From the human T2T-CHM13v2.0 reference genome, Homo sapiens, in assembly GCF_009914755.1 (NCBI RefSeq), contig NC_060935.1: DNA of 64,000 nt. One strand, 5' to 3'. Both the position numbers and the translations under genes were made by a program. The notes under the pieces were generated by a model. It worked only from the letters and a program-made list of their open reading frames with translations, searched no databases and had not been told where the DNA came from. This document shows positions 15,595-29,131 of the stretch, one piece after another; positions within the stretch are counted from its first letter, which is position 1, and each line of letters starts with the position of its first letter.

Positions 15595-17199
15595 ACCACA
15601 CCAGTGAACAAGAAGGAAAGGCCTTTTGGAGTGTGTCTTTCTGTGTGTTTAAAAACAGTGGGAAAATCCACACCACACTCTAAGTGGACAGCTCAGAATA
15701 ATTTAGCATATTTCCTTTCACACTTAAAGTTCTTAAGATGAGACTGTGTAAATGAGAGAAAGACTTGATTCAGAGGAAAAAAATGTGTTCTCTCTGGACT
15801 CTTGCCTAGCTCACAAGGCTTTGGAGAATTGTCTTCCTAAATCGGGGCACCTGCTACAGAAGAGAATGTTTCGTTCCCTCTGGGTATGCACAGCTAAGGG
15901 GCCTCATTTCTCCCAGAGGGAGCTGCTGGCCCGCTCTAAGGGGTGCAAGAGGAAGGAGTGTGCCCAGACCAGCTGGGGGAGCATTGAAAGGACAGCTTGG
16001 GGATGGAATTTTTTTTTTTTTATCTCCATTTTCCAGTTAGGTAGAGCCAAGCTGAGGAATCCTTTTAAGATTATTAGAAAACATGCCCTGAAGAGAGTTG
16101 TTCTTAGGTTACACATGAAATCCTACCGTCACTAGCCCCCATACACCAGTGTTGCTGGCTGAAGATACCCGCTTAAGGATGCTAACATTTACCCTGGTAC
16201 TGCCACATTTTCTCTAGAGCAGCTGGCCCTTCTTGCTACAGCCCTATCCCCCCTCCTTGCTTCTGTGAAATGGGGAGACAAAGCACTTTTGCTCTCCAAA
16301 GCACTTTTGGATACTCAGGAGGAAAGATAAGATACATGTTTGAAGTATTCAATCATAGGAGCAAAGAACTTGCAAAATATGAAGTGACTTGGAATTAACC
16401 ATGTTGTAGCCTAACGTGCTACTGCATTTCTAAATCATCAATATTTGCTTGTCTTTGCCCCTAGACTCTAGACTATGTTAACTAGTTAAGGATGTTACAT
16501 TTTGAAAGGATGTATGTTAGATATATTATTTGCAGCAAGAAGTTCATTCTGTGCAATATGGACATGTTTGCAAACCATACCAAGGGTCAGGTTGTTGTAC
16601 ACTTACAGTACGTGTCAACCATAATGGAACATCCACAAATGCATCAATTATACCAGGGATGTATAGTAAGTCAGGGAACTAATATAAATGATGACAGTCA
16701 TGGCTGCACTGCTACTTGTGCTGTCGTTTTGTTTGTTTTTCTATGATAATTTAAAATACATAGGTAGGGCTACTGAGGAAATTTGGAGAGCCACATTCTG
16801 TGGTTTCTCATTATACTTACTTCCTGCATTTAGAGGGAGTTTATTTAAAAGAAATAAATGACAATCAAACCAAATCATCAGTTATCAATGTCTGTTTAAT
16901 TGTGTGACTATCTGACTGTTGATGGCCACAGATGATGGTCTCCTATGGTATAGTTCACTCTGTAGAAGATGTATGCAAAGTGAAATGCCAGCCCTTTAAA
17001 GAGACATTAGTTAGTGTAAAATGGATCTTTACATGTTGCAGTAACATTGACTATGTTTCAAAACTCAGATGCATAAAACGTAAGGTATATAAAAATACAT
17101 CTATGCTTGCGTTTGAAACTACAACTTGATAACCCCTAGAAAGAAGAGGACATGAGAGGATGCTGGCTATATATGTTAATGAGCAAAAGGATTATAGTT

Positions 17200-17332
17200 G
17201 TTTTGTTTTGTTTTTAGAGACAGGGTCTCACTATAATGCTTAGACTGGTCTTGAACTCCTGGGCTCAAGCGATCCTCCTGCCCCTGTCTCCCAAAGTGCT
17301 AGGATTACAGGTGTGAGCCACCACACCTGGCC
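17200..17332 (-). mobile_element. FLAM-like Alu monomer in UBASH3B 3'UTR
   Basis: Single left arm, TSD atagttgt on both sides. Confidence 0.88.
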
Positions 17333-20157
17333 CATAGTTGTATTTTTTTTAGGTCACTTAGAAAAATATGTCATGTATTTTACATTTTGAGAAACAAATC
17401 AATCATGGTTTCTTCTAGCGTTGCGCAAACACTGACCCAGCTTCTGGGTATGGAAATAACCCTGTGATGATGTGTTAATATAAAATGTTGGGAGGGAATA
17501 TTCCCAATAAAGGTCTTAAGAGAAAAGTCACATTACAAGTAATGTAATGGCTCTACCATTCATTCTTCTGGTATTTGTAATGAAGTGAATCCACTGTTTA
17601 ATCAGATCCATAATCTTTAACAGATTCACCACAAATTTTCATGGGCGTTGAGTGCTCAGAATAATGCTTGAACACCTCACCTTGAAACTGTAGCAGTGTG
17701 TTCTGGGCAGTATCTGTAATGTATGAAATAGAGTCTGGAATAGGTTATCCACTCCATCTTCTAGGTTATCTTAGTTGTATGACGAACTGATAAATCTGTC
17801 TGACTGGGCTACAATCCATTGTTCTTAGTCCAATATGGACACTGCCTTAGGCAATGGTCTATATAAGCAAAAGGAGATAGAGATCTGAAATAATTTTCCG
17901 AATAATTCAGGTGGAAAACAAGAAAGATTGTATTTCTCTGCTTTCATTTCAATTTCATTATTTCAAATTGCTTGTCAAAATGGCCCAAAAGATCTGAATT
18001 CACATTAAGTTCCCCTTGCACACTTACCTATTTAAAAAACTAAACTTGCACTGCAACTGAGAAATTATTTGTAAATCATGTGGCATCTATGTATAATAAA
18101 AGAAAGAGACAACTATATTACTCAATTTCATATACATCCAAAAAGTATAGGCTAATATATATAACCTGAAGTTGCAGCTGGTTCTTTTTGATCTGAAGCT
18201 GATGCTTATTAAAACAAATGATGTATGGGGAGAGGAGAAGGAAGGGCAAGGAAGGAATTGACAGATAAGAAGCAAATGGTTTCTTGTACAGAGGAATTTT
18301 GTTTTAATGTAGAAAGTTATTTGAAATAAACTAGGTGAAATGAAATTAACTAAAGGTTTTAATCTGGGATTGAAAGCCTGATAGCATTTCCTGCTTCTAC
18401 AAGTGTGCCACATCAATCCGGTAATGCCCCAGTGTTATTCACAGACAGAACTTTGTTTCCTGTGATTTTAAAATACCGCGTCTGTTCCTCCATGGACCAG
18501 AGTAATTGGCACATTTTAATGCATAAGCTGGGGGTTTCATTTTCCCAGGCTCTCTTCACCATCACTGCATTGGTAGCTAGGAGCTTATTGCTTCACCCCA
18601 GTATGGAGTTCAGATTACAGTGTTTTCCATTACATTTAGATTCATAGAATCTGAATGGCTGATTAAATGGCCATCTGATGGCTGAAAGAGGGGCGTATTT
18701 TTCACTCTGTAGTGAAAGGCTTGGAGGAGTTTCTACTTTTTATTTTAATTATACTTTAACCAAAGAATTATTTTAAAGTAACCTTATATTTAAAAGATGA
18801 TTTTGCAAAAAATAAAAAATAAAAAATATGCCTTCTGGAGTGATGTCTGTTTGGTAAATCATTGTTGATAATTTCCTTGTTAGTGGTATTTGGAATGCAT
18901 ATAGATTGTCTTGTCATTGTGCTTAACATTACCATAAGTGTGTCTTTTCCACTCAACTAGCTGTATTCGTATTAAAATGAAGTCTCTTATTTCAATTACC
19001 TAGTGTTGTTGGGAACTAATTGAACAGCTACAGTAAAAGAAGTTCCTATCTCATTGCCTTTGTGGAAAGGCTTCCCTATGTGGTAAAAGAAAGGCATTCC
19101 TCCGTAACCTAGGCACTCTGCAAGTCCAGTGTTTAATTTCAAAGCAGTGATGAATTGCTCTTTTGAAATTACTCTAAGTAATCCATGTGTTAGAATACAG
19201 ATGAACCTCCGTTTGATTTCACAGCCTTCAGCACAGGCAACTGTTACTGAGTCTGCACGAACTTAGATAATGAGGTGCAGGGTTATTTGCATTTAAATTG
19301 CAATCCAGCACACGTGTGAGAAAGAAGAGGCACTAGTCTAAAAGGCTGCATTGCGGGGAGAGATGAGACAGGCAGAGGAGGGTGGGGTAAAGAGCGATTT
19401 AACATCTATTTAGGTTAATGTTCACTTTACAAAGGTGATGGGGGATATTTTGTTAGGTGATAGCAGATGCTTTTCATTTTTAAACATAGAATTAAAATTG
19501 GATTTGCTTCTCTTTAATACTTCAACATATTGAATTTCCCTAGGAAAGTGACTAGCTATAATGAAAATTCAAGCGAAAAGGGAAAAAGATTGTAAATGCA
19601 GATGAAATAACTTCATTTTTAAGTACAAATAATAGTAGGATTGGTGTATGTAGGTTTAAAATTATAGTGATGACTAGTCGAACTTAATATACAATCAGTT
19701 CTTGCAAATACTTTACACTTAGCTGCCATTACACAACAAATTGGAATTTTCCAGCTGTTCAACTATCATGGACTCTGTACAGGATAGATGTGTATAATGG
19801 AAAATATGTACTGCTTCTTTCTTTGATTGCCACTCAAGATGGAAACACCATGCCAAGGCATTTTGGTTATACACAGATCATTCTAAACCTGTTATTTTGG
19901 AGAGGTGTATTGGTTTCTTTCTCATTTATAAGGCTATTGTATTTTTTTTTGTATGTGATTCAGGTGTATTTATTTGAAGACTATTTGTAGTTATAGGAAA
20001 ACCACACCTACCTGTATTGCCAAATTCTTTGTAAACTCTCCGTGGCACTTGTGCTTTCCTGGCTGAGAGCTCTCCCCTGTTGATACAGCTATGGCACCAT
20101 TGTAATTACAGATGCACCTTTCAGGAGCATCTCCATTAAATGGTTCATAGATGATTT

Positions 20158-20163
20158 AATAAA
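20158..20163 (+). terminator. Distal polyadenylation signal of UBASH3B
   Basis: AATAAA just before the LTR-dense intergenic region, with ATTAAA at 20135-20140. Confidence 0.7.
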
Positions 20164-20576
20164 AAGAAACTTCTCAGTTGATCCAGAGCAATGTCATTTT
20201 AAATTCTGAGTGGTCTCTTCCTATCATGTTTTCAGATGTTACTTTGTTCATTATTATTTCATAAATGTGCATTCAGAGTGTGATTCTGTTTTCAAAAGGC
20301 CAGAGGGCGCTTTCTGCTGATGGAAGGGGAGGATGCTCCAGCAGCACTGTGTGTCTCTGGACCCTTCTGACCAGGCATCAAGCCTCCATGCCATTCAGAC
20401 TGGGGAGCTGAACACCCACTCTGTGTGAAAATAGCAAGCTTCAAAATGCTTCCCCTGCCCTATGTGCAAACTAGGAGACAAAAAATATATTTCCTTCTAC
20501 CTATCCTAGGTTCATGGCTGAGGCCCCTATAACAAAACATAGATTAACAAAAGAAAAAGCATACAAGTTTTTCATG

Positions 20577-21519
20577 TCTTGGGGCCAAGGGAAAGCTTTC
20601 CCTCTGCCCTCTAAAGGTTCACTGAAAATGACTGACAAGAGGCAGATTAATAGAAAAAGCATAAATAAATTTATTAACTACGTGAGCTTGTAGAGTATCA
20701 CAGAGTGAGTGCCCAGTCTCCCAACGGGGTACAGATGCTTATATGCCCTACATCTTAGGGGAAAGAGAATGGGGAGGTGTGGGTGATTTTAGGCAGATAG
20801 TAAATGATTTTTAAGGAAATTCAATGGACTTGAAGAACATACAATGGTCTGGGACAAAGTCGGTCAGGCCTACAGAGTGGACAGTCATTTGGGACAAAAG
20901 TCTGTCCAGGTTTGTTGTCAGACTTTAGTCTTCCATCCTGTGATGTGAGTTCAGTCAATGGAAACTCCGAGAAGGGACCAGAAGTAATTGTTTCCTTCTT
21001 TGGTAGATATGAGAATAACCTCATCCTGTGCTTTGGGACAGGTAGAGGACTGAGAGGGGATAGAGGAAGGAAAAGCAATTGTTCTCCTTGGTGGGCCTGT
21101 CCAGTCTTTATGTAGATAGGGGAAAGGTTTCTTTTAGCATCTGTTGATCTCTAAGGGCCTTTAATTCAAAATACTCAGCTGGGTGTGGTGGCTCACACCT
21201 GTAATCCCAGTATTCTTGGAGATCAGAGCCGGAGAATTGCTTGAGCCTAGGAGTTTGAGACCAGCCTAGGCAACATAGCAAGACCCTGTCACTACAAAAA
21301 AATACAAAAATTAGCCAGGTGTGGTGGTGTGCACTTGTGGTCCCAGCTGGTCAGGAGGCTGAGGTGGGAGGATCGCTTGAGCCCAGAATGTCTAGCTGAC
21401 AGTGAGCCATGACAGTACTCCAGCCTGGGCAACAAAGCGAGACTCAAACAAACAAAAACCCAAAATACTCATTATACCAGGGAGCCATATTTGGGGGTGA
21501 AGCTCCCTGTTTTCCTTCA
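20577..21519 (-). mobile_element. MER34/MER39-like ERV1 solo LTR, itself containing an AluJ
   Basis: 4-bp TSD catg (20573-20576, 21520-21523); reverse strand begins tgaaggaaaacagg...cccccaaatatggctccctgg. Confidence 0.7.
21178..21460 (+). mobile_element. AluJ-like nested in LTR
   Basis: TSD caaaatactca (21167-21177, 21461-21471). Confidence 0.92.
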
Positions 21520-22104
21520 CATGACACAAAAGCCTTCATAAGGAAATGAAGATTTGAAGAAAACTAGTTAAACCTGAATATTTCAATGCAAAATTTGATG
21601 AAGAATAGATAGTCATGGAGAAACGTGATAGAACTAAGAGTATGATCTAATGGTAATAAACTGGGAGGACTTAATGAGGCCTGTGTGTTCAGATTCCCCT
21701 GGGTGTCCCTCTGTCTTCAGAGATGAGGGTGCTCATTTTCTCCCGCTCTAGGGAAGGCACCTTTCACATGAAGTTCTCAGGACCTGCGTCAGGAAAGGTT
21801 AGAGTCCTTCCTAGGTTTTATCACCTGATTCAGGGGAGAGGGGTGGGGCGGGGGAGAACAGTCAAAGTGACCTTCCTGCTCCTGTTTTTTTCTCAGATTC
21901 CTTCATCTTAAACTATTCAATAGGCTGAGATGCAATATTTTCGGGTATAGTGCCCTGAACTCCATGTCACCTTCATGGTTTACTACTACCCACCATCTAC
22001 CTCAAGGAGTTGCACCAAGAATGATCCAGAGAGTGAGAATTTGGGTAAGAGAGAGGGCACATTCAGCTCAAACTAGAATCTGCACTTCTAAAAGCCATAG
22101 ACCA

Positions 22105-22441
<337 letters not shown>

Positions 22442-23070
22442 TGAAGTAATTATATGTTAGGCTAATAAGATCTTAAAATAAGCCTTGAATGCAAATTTGT
22501 ACCGAGGACATGAATACAGATTTTCATTAACCCAACTGTCTACTACCTTGGCAGGGTTTACTTCCTGAGGAAACATAACAGCTAATGTTCATATCTGACA
22601 AAAGACCAGGCTATATTTAGCCTTCTGGCTGGTTCTCAGCCATTCTCTGCTTGACAGATTCCCAAACTCATTCTGCTCTTTTGTGATGTACGTAAAGGCT
22701 GCTTGCACATCCAGAGAAAACGAATAGTGTACTTGGGATTTGTTTAAGCTTAAATCAGCAAAGTGTCTGTTTTTGGTTTTTTTGTTTTGGAGGGTTTATT
22801 TGAAAGTTGTTTGAGGACCAAAAACAATCTTCTTCCTGAAGAAAGAAAATACTTCACTGTGCCAGAAATAAACATGTAAAGCCCAATTGGCTTGGTTCTG
22901 GCTATGTAAAGAGGTAGGGGCGTGAAGGGAATGTACCAAGGGAACGTAACAAGGGAACTGGGTGAAAGATCAAAAGTGGTAAAAGGAAGGAAAGACAGAA
23001 ATGATAACTGGTAAAACAAGTTTTAGAGGAGCCAGTCTGGAAGTTTTCCAAAAAGGCCAATGACGTTCTA

Positions 23071-23412
<342 letters not shown>

Positions 23413-24159
23413 GGTGGGGAATGTGGGATAATTTGGCTGACTAAGAAGTTCTCATGGGAGAAATAAGATCCCAACAAGAGGAGAAAAGCCTTAAAAATAT
23501 ATATAGTCTGAATATCACCTTTTAATTAAGCTGACTTCTGAGAATAATGCTCTTTTTAAAAATCTTTTAAGTATATCATTAGCAGTTTTGGGCAAACAGC
23601 AAACATTCTCATTTCCTGGCTTTTCTTTCCCTGAAGTTTGCATTTTAAGAGGGATGGTTTCTTAGGTAAGACAAGGGAGAGAATTGACAGGTACAGAGAA
23701 ATACTGAAAGTTTTTAGAGGTTCAGGGTAATTAATAATCAAATTTCTCTTTTGAGTACAAAGTACCTTTTTAGCTCAAATGAGAAGGCAGAAAGCAAACC
23801 AATAAAACAAAAAAAAAAATGTTTTTAACATGCTCTGAATATAAACCAAAATTTTAATCCAAAGGTATATTCAACAAGTGACTCAAGACTCAACTAATAA
23901 GCCCCTTTATGGCTTTAACCAAGGTGGCCTTTCCAAGATCCAGACCACTCTCACAGGACAACCAAGGAAAGGAAAGCTTAGCTAGCCACAAATGGATGTA
24001 AACCCACATTTTAGTTCACCCATATTCTTGAGGCGCTCAACTTTTTGTTTGGCTGCCTGCAGCAAAGAAATCTGGGATAACCTACATGCCCCTGATAAAT
24101 GGAGAATCAAAAAGAAAGAACAGTCAGTAAGACAAAACAGGAAAACAAAAGTTGTCCAT

Positions 24160-27100
24160 CTTTGCAAAAATTATGACTGAGCAAATTATTACAGTGAAAG
24201 AGATCTGACCTAACCAATTTTGTCTGGCTTCTAACCTCTAAGCTGTCCTTGTTCATTTCTAGGTGTAGGCCAAACTAACTTGGGGGGAACTTAGTTTATA
24301 GTTTAACTTTGAAACAAAGACAATAACAGCCTTCTCCAAAAACAAACCCCCTTCTTGTCAGGGGACTATACTGCCTTTGTAGGACTAAAAAATTAGCCAC
24401 AGGATTAGAAATTATGGCTTAGGAGTCATTGCTGTAAAATCTGAGATCAGTGTTTGAGATATTTTGCAGACCCTGCATTGATTGATACACCAGCTGATGC
24501 CACCCAAATTGATAAACTGGGTCATCTGATTTTGTGTCATCCACCCAGGAACTGACAGCACAAGAGGACAGCTTCAAACCCCTATGATTTCATCTTCTAC
24601 CTCACCAATCAACACTCTCTGCTTTCTGATTCTCTACACACCAAATTATCCTTTAAAACTCCAATTCCAAAATTTTGGGGGAGATTGATTTTAGTAATAA
24701 CTTTGTCTCCCCATGTGGCATGGCTGGCCTCACATCAATTAAACTTTTTCCTTACTGCAATGCCATGGTTTTTATTTGTGCAGTGGGCAGGAAGAACACA
24801 TTGGGCAGTTCCAAATTTGAGGGCTCATCCAGGATCACCCTTGTGACTACTGCTTGTGGTTTGGTAGCCCCCTCTCCAGCAATGGATCTAGAGGCCAGCC
24901 CAAGAGGCTGCCTAATTCTCTTGGACTGGAGGCTGTCTCTGGCACTGTTTCTACTGGCAGGGCATTGACAATCCATGGTGCATGGATTTCATTGCAATGG
25001 AGAAAAAGTCCTATAACTGTAACCCCATCATTAGATGTCTGTCTGTGGTCCTATCATGGGGTGTCTGATTTGGTGCATATTCTAGGTGCTTCCAGCACCT
25101 CCTTTCTTCTCCTGATTGGTTTGGCTTCTTCTGGGGTCTTGGTTCAGCTCCTTTAAGGGGCTTGCCTGAATCTCCCTAAATAGTAGGAAGAGTCTTGGTT
25201 CAGGAGATTTTTCCTTAATCAGGAAGATTTTGGGGAGATTTCTCAGGAAGAGAGTAGGTGGTTAGTTTGGAAAGAATACTTAGAATTATTGGTTAGGGAT
25301 CTTTGTTTAGAAGGTCTTCTGTCTGTCTTGTGTTTGTTGTGTCTGTGTTTGTATATGTGGAGGTGATCTCTGAAAAAAATGCTAATGGAAGTCAAGCAGG
25401 CCTAACTTGGAGAACTCTCCTTATTTGGTCACATTAGGTAAACCCTGAAGCAATTGTTAGCAGAAGCTCCACAGGTCTGACACAGGGTGACCATCTGCTC
25501 TTCATCTTGCCCACAGATCACCCACTGAATTCGCAGTTGAAGGTCATCTCTCCCCACCTTGAGTGGATCAAAGATGACAGGGATGAACAGGGGCAAATTT
25601 GAGCCTTGCCAGGTCAATATCAGGTGCTGAGAAAGGTGACTAGTGTCTATTTTGTTATATGTATTTTGCTTTGGCTGGGATGGAAAATGTTCATTTGTTC
25701 CCCAGGCAGTCTGTTGGGCATCATCTTGCAAAACTGACAGGCTTTTGCCTATGGTTTTATGAAACAAAAGGAGATGATTTTCCCTTGTGATGCTTCTTGG
25801 CTCCCATGGTCCTTGGAATAGAGGGGGAAAAAACAAATTTTCAGTACTTTCATGGAGAGCTAATATATTCTTGAGGTTTGCTAATTCAGTATCAAGCAGA
25901 ACAGGAGTTAATGCATGGACTGAACTAATAGAAGACTGAAATTATCTCTTATGATTTTTTGTTTAAAACATTTACTGATTCTTTATGTTTTGTTTTTAGA
26001 GTCAAGAAAAATTTTTTTTCTTTTGAGCTAACTACAGCTTTTATCAATTGAATAAAGTATACTCTGTGAGAAAACCTTGGAGCATATTTCTTTCTCTCTA
26101 CCTGATTTCTCCGGAATTTGGAAACTATTTGTGAGTATTCTTAACTTTATGGCAGTATAGTTATTTGCCTACATGTAATAATAATGTTTGCTTTTATAAC
26201 AGGACATCGCTGGAGACACTGATTATTTTACCAAGGTTTTGACTGTAATGGCATACTTCCATATACAAACAGACTGCTTTAAGAAATCAAAGTTGACTTA
26301 TAGGGCCAAGAAAACCCCTGGTAAACACTGGCCTTAAACCTTTTCTATGCAGTCCCTGTCCAGGGTTCTCGATCTGTGGTAAGTGAAGAATATCACTTTC
26401 TGACAAGCCCAGGAGCCCCAAGTTATCTTGGAACCTCAAGGAGAGGAATTCACCCAAGGGTCATACTGATATTTGCAGGCACAGATAAATCCATGGCTGG
26501 GCTCAAGGCTTTGAAAAATCTAAGCTGAAATTCCTTATGGAATAAAGTTCCATTAAAGTCAATTTTCAAAAAAGCCTATATGGCAAATAATTATTCTTGC
26601 TGACTTTATGCAAATATTCATGCCAAGTATGATAAGACTAACACTTATTTTGCAAGCAAATTTGTTTTTAATAAAAATGGGGACTGGAGAGAGACAAACT
26701 GTATTTCAGAGAAAGCTATAGTACCTCTGTTGTTAGATTCTAGTCTTGTCCACTGCTTTTGAGTTTTTATTATTTTCTGCAATTTAGACTGATTCCTGAA
26801 TTCTTTCTGGGTTACAGGTCCCAAAACTAATGTTTTCAAATCTTTCTTTCATTTTTCTGACTTGAACTCAGTGAAATTGCTGCTATATCTTCCCTGAGGC
26901 CCTGAAAGCTGAAGCTTATTCCTTGTGGTACAGGCAAGAAAAACATGTCAGATTGCCACTGCCTTCCTCCTCTATAACTAAAGATGCTTTGAGTCTAATG
27001 TTTCAATAAATTATGCCCAACATTAACCTTTGTTTTTCTTCTGTTTCCACAGAAATGCCTCCTATTAAAAGCTTGTTTGCTGTCATCACATACAGAAGCC

Positions 27101-28346
27101 TAGCCCATCTGCACTGCCACTTCCTGATATGGTAAACAGCTATTTAACTGAACTGATCTAGTCTCAGGACTAGGAAACCAATTAAAAATATATGGGTTGG
27201 TATATTTAAATTTGCCCTTTCCTGTCTATCCTAATCAGTCTTTCTAATAACCTCTGACCCAAATATCTCTCTACTAGAGACCCCATTTCTGATTGATTCT
27301 TCGCGCTATTCACCTGGATCCCTCAGAGCTTCAGATCAGTTCCACAAAGGCTTCTGAAGCTAGGACTCTCACTCCTTACCCTAGAACTCATTATTTACTT
27401 TATAGCTCATTTAAATGCTGTGCTAAAACGATAGAGAAGAATACTAATGCCTTTGTCATGCAAGCCTTGAAACCCCGATTAGGCACCCTGAGTGTGTGCA
27501 GACAGCTGCAAGGCAGTTCCACTCCTCTTACCTTGGAGTCAGCTCCTACTCCCATCATGCCACATGTCAGCAAGAAAAAGCTAGAGTGGTCATTGTGCTT
27601 TTTCCATCTTCATAGCCCACATCTTAAGAATAAGGTGTTATAAAACCCAAAGAGAGAGACTGAAACTGCCTTTGCAAAAATTACTGAGAAAATTATTACA
27701 GTGAAAGAGATCTGACCTAACTGACTCCATCTGGTTTCTAACCTCCAGACTGCCCTTGCTCATCCCTGGATGTAGGGTGAACTAACTTTGGGAGGAACTT
27801 AGTTTATAGTTTGACTTTGAAGCTAAGATGATAACAGCCTTTCCCAAAACAAACTCCCTTTTTGTCTGGAAACTAGACTACCTTTGCAGGACTAACAAAT
27901 TAGCCACAGGATTAGAAATTATGGTTTAGGAGTCACTGTTGTAAAACTTGAAATCAGTACTTGAGCTTTTTGTTTTGTTTTGTTTTGTTTTTTGCACTCC
28001 CCATATTCCGATACACCAGCTGATGCCACCAAGATTGATAAAATGGCTCATCTGATCTTGTGGCCTCCACCCAGGAACTAACTACTAGCACAAGAAAACA
28101 GTTTCAACTCCCTGTGATTTCATCTCCAACCCAACCAATCAGCACTGCCTACCTTCTGACTCACTACTCACCAAATCATTCTTTAAAACCCCAGTCTCCA
28201 AATTTTAGAGGAGATTGATTTGAGTAGTAACTCCATCTCCCATGCTGGCATGCCTGGCCAGCCTGACATCAATTCAACTCTTGCTTTATTGCAATGTCAT
28301 GGTCTTTATTTGTGCAGCAGGCAGAAGAACCCATCAGACAGTTACA
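24160..28346 (+). mobile_element. Two-LTR non-coding provirus, LTR8-like / HUERS-P (PBS-Pro)
   Basis: Diverged direct repeats ~24160-24813 and 27661-28346 (tgaaactgcctttgcaaaaa...cagttaca); PBS tgagggctcatccaggat 24818-24835 (15/18 to tRNA-Pro); PPT aaagagagagac 27649-27660. Confidence 0.85.
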
Positions 28347-29131
28347 GCAGGGGGAGGATCATTAAGGAGTGTCCAGAGTCATACAAATAGCTTCCAAACC
28401 TCTAAAGGTATTCCTGCCTCAATTGTGACTCAAAATCAGTAAGAATTTTTATAACTTAAAACCAATAAATGTAAGAACTGAGTTTTATGGAGGATACATG
28501 CAGTCCCTCTCAAGATCTAAAGTCTCTTTCAAAGATAGCCTAAGACAGCAAAGATCCTCATTGTTAATAAGACAATGAAGTTTAAGACAATTAAGACAAA
28601 TTTTCTTGAGAGCTGGCACATTCAGATAAACGGACATTTTGGACTCTCAGCCAACTGGCTGCCTGCCTGGCATAAACCTGATAATTTATTCCCTTTGAGG
28701 TAGCACCTGAGAATAAATTCGCTGATTACAAAGCCAAGTTTCTCAAGACATAAAAACAAGACAAAAAGATAATCTTATTATGGTTTTCCTCCTTATGACA
28801 AACCACACCAAATACAAAAGCAAGAAGAACAAAGACCATTTATAGGAGTTTATAGATCAATAATCAATAAGCCTAAGATAAGTCTACAAGAGTCACAGAT
28901 TCAAAGCACTAATTTAAAAAAAATTCTCCTGTTATTTTAATTTTGGAAAAGAAAAAGAGACAAGAGGTGACTCTTACTGTCTGCTCAACTGGATCCCATA
29001 GGTAAAGATCCATAGGACTGCCTGATAAGAATTTCCTAACCTTTTCCCAGCTTCATCAGGTCCTAGGTTCTCTCAATTGTAGCTTCCAGAGGAGCAGAGC
29101 AGTTTTAGTATCCTGCCAGTTGTGCCAAATC

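Larger units (their letters stand above)
15595..20180 (+). other. UBASH3B: UBASH3B long 3'UTR
   Basis: AT-rich, repeat-poor stretch after the stop, ending at ATTAAA 20135 / AATAAA 20158 followed by T/GT-rich sequence; exact cleavage site inferred. Confidence 0.75.
20463..21965 (-). mobile_element. MER4-group (MER31-like) LTR split by a nested LTR
   Basis: LTR-like sequence on both sides of the 20577-21519 insert; family from recall. Confidence 0.6.
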
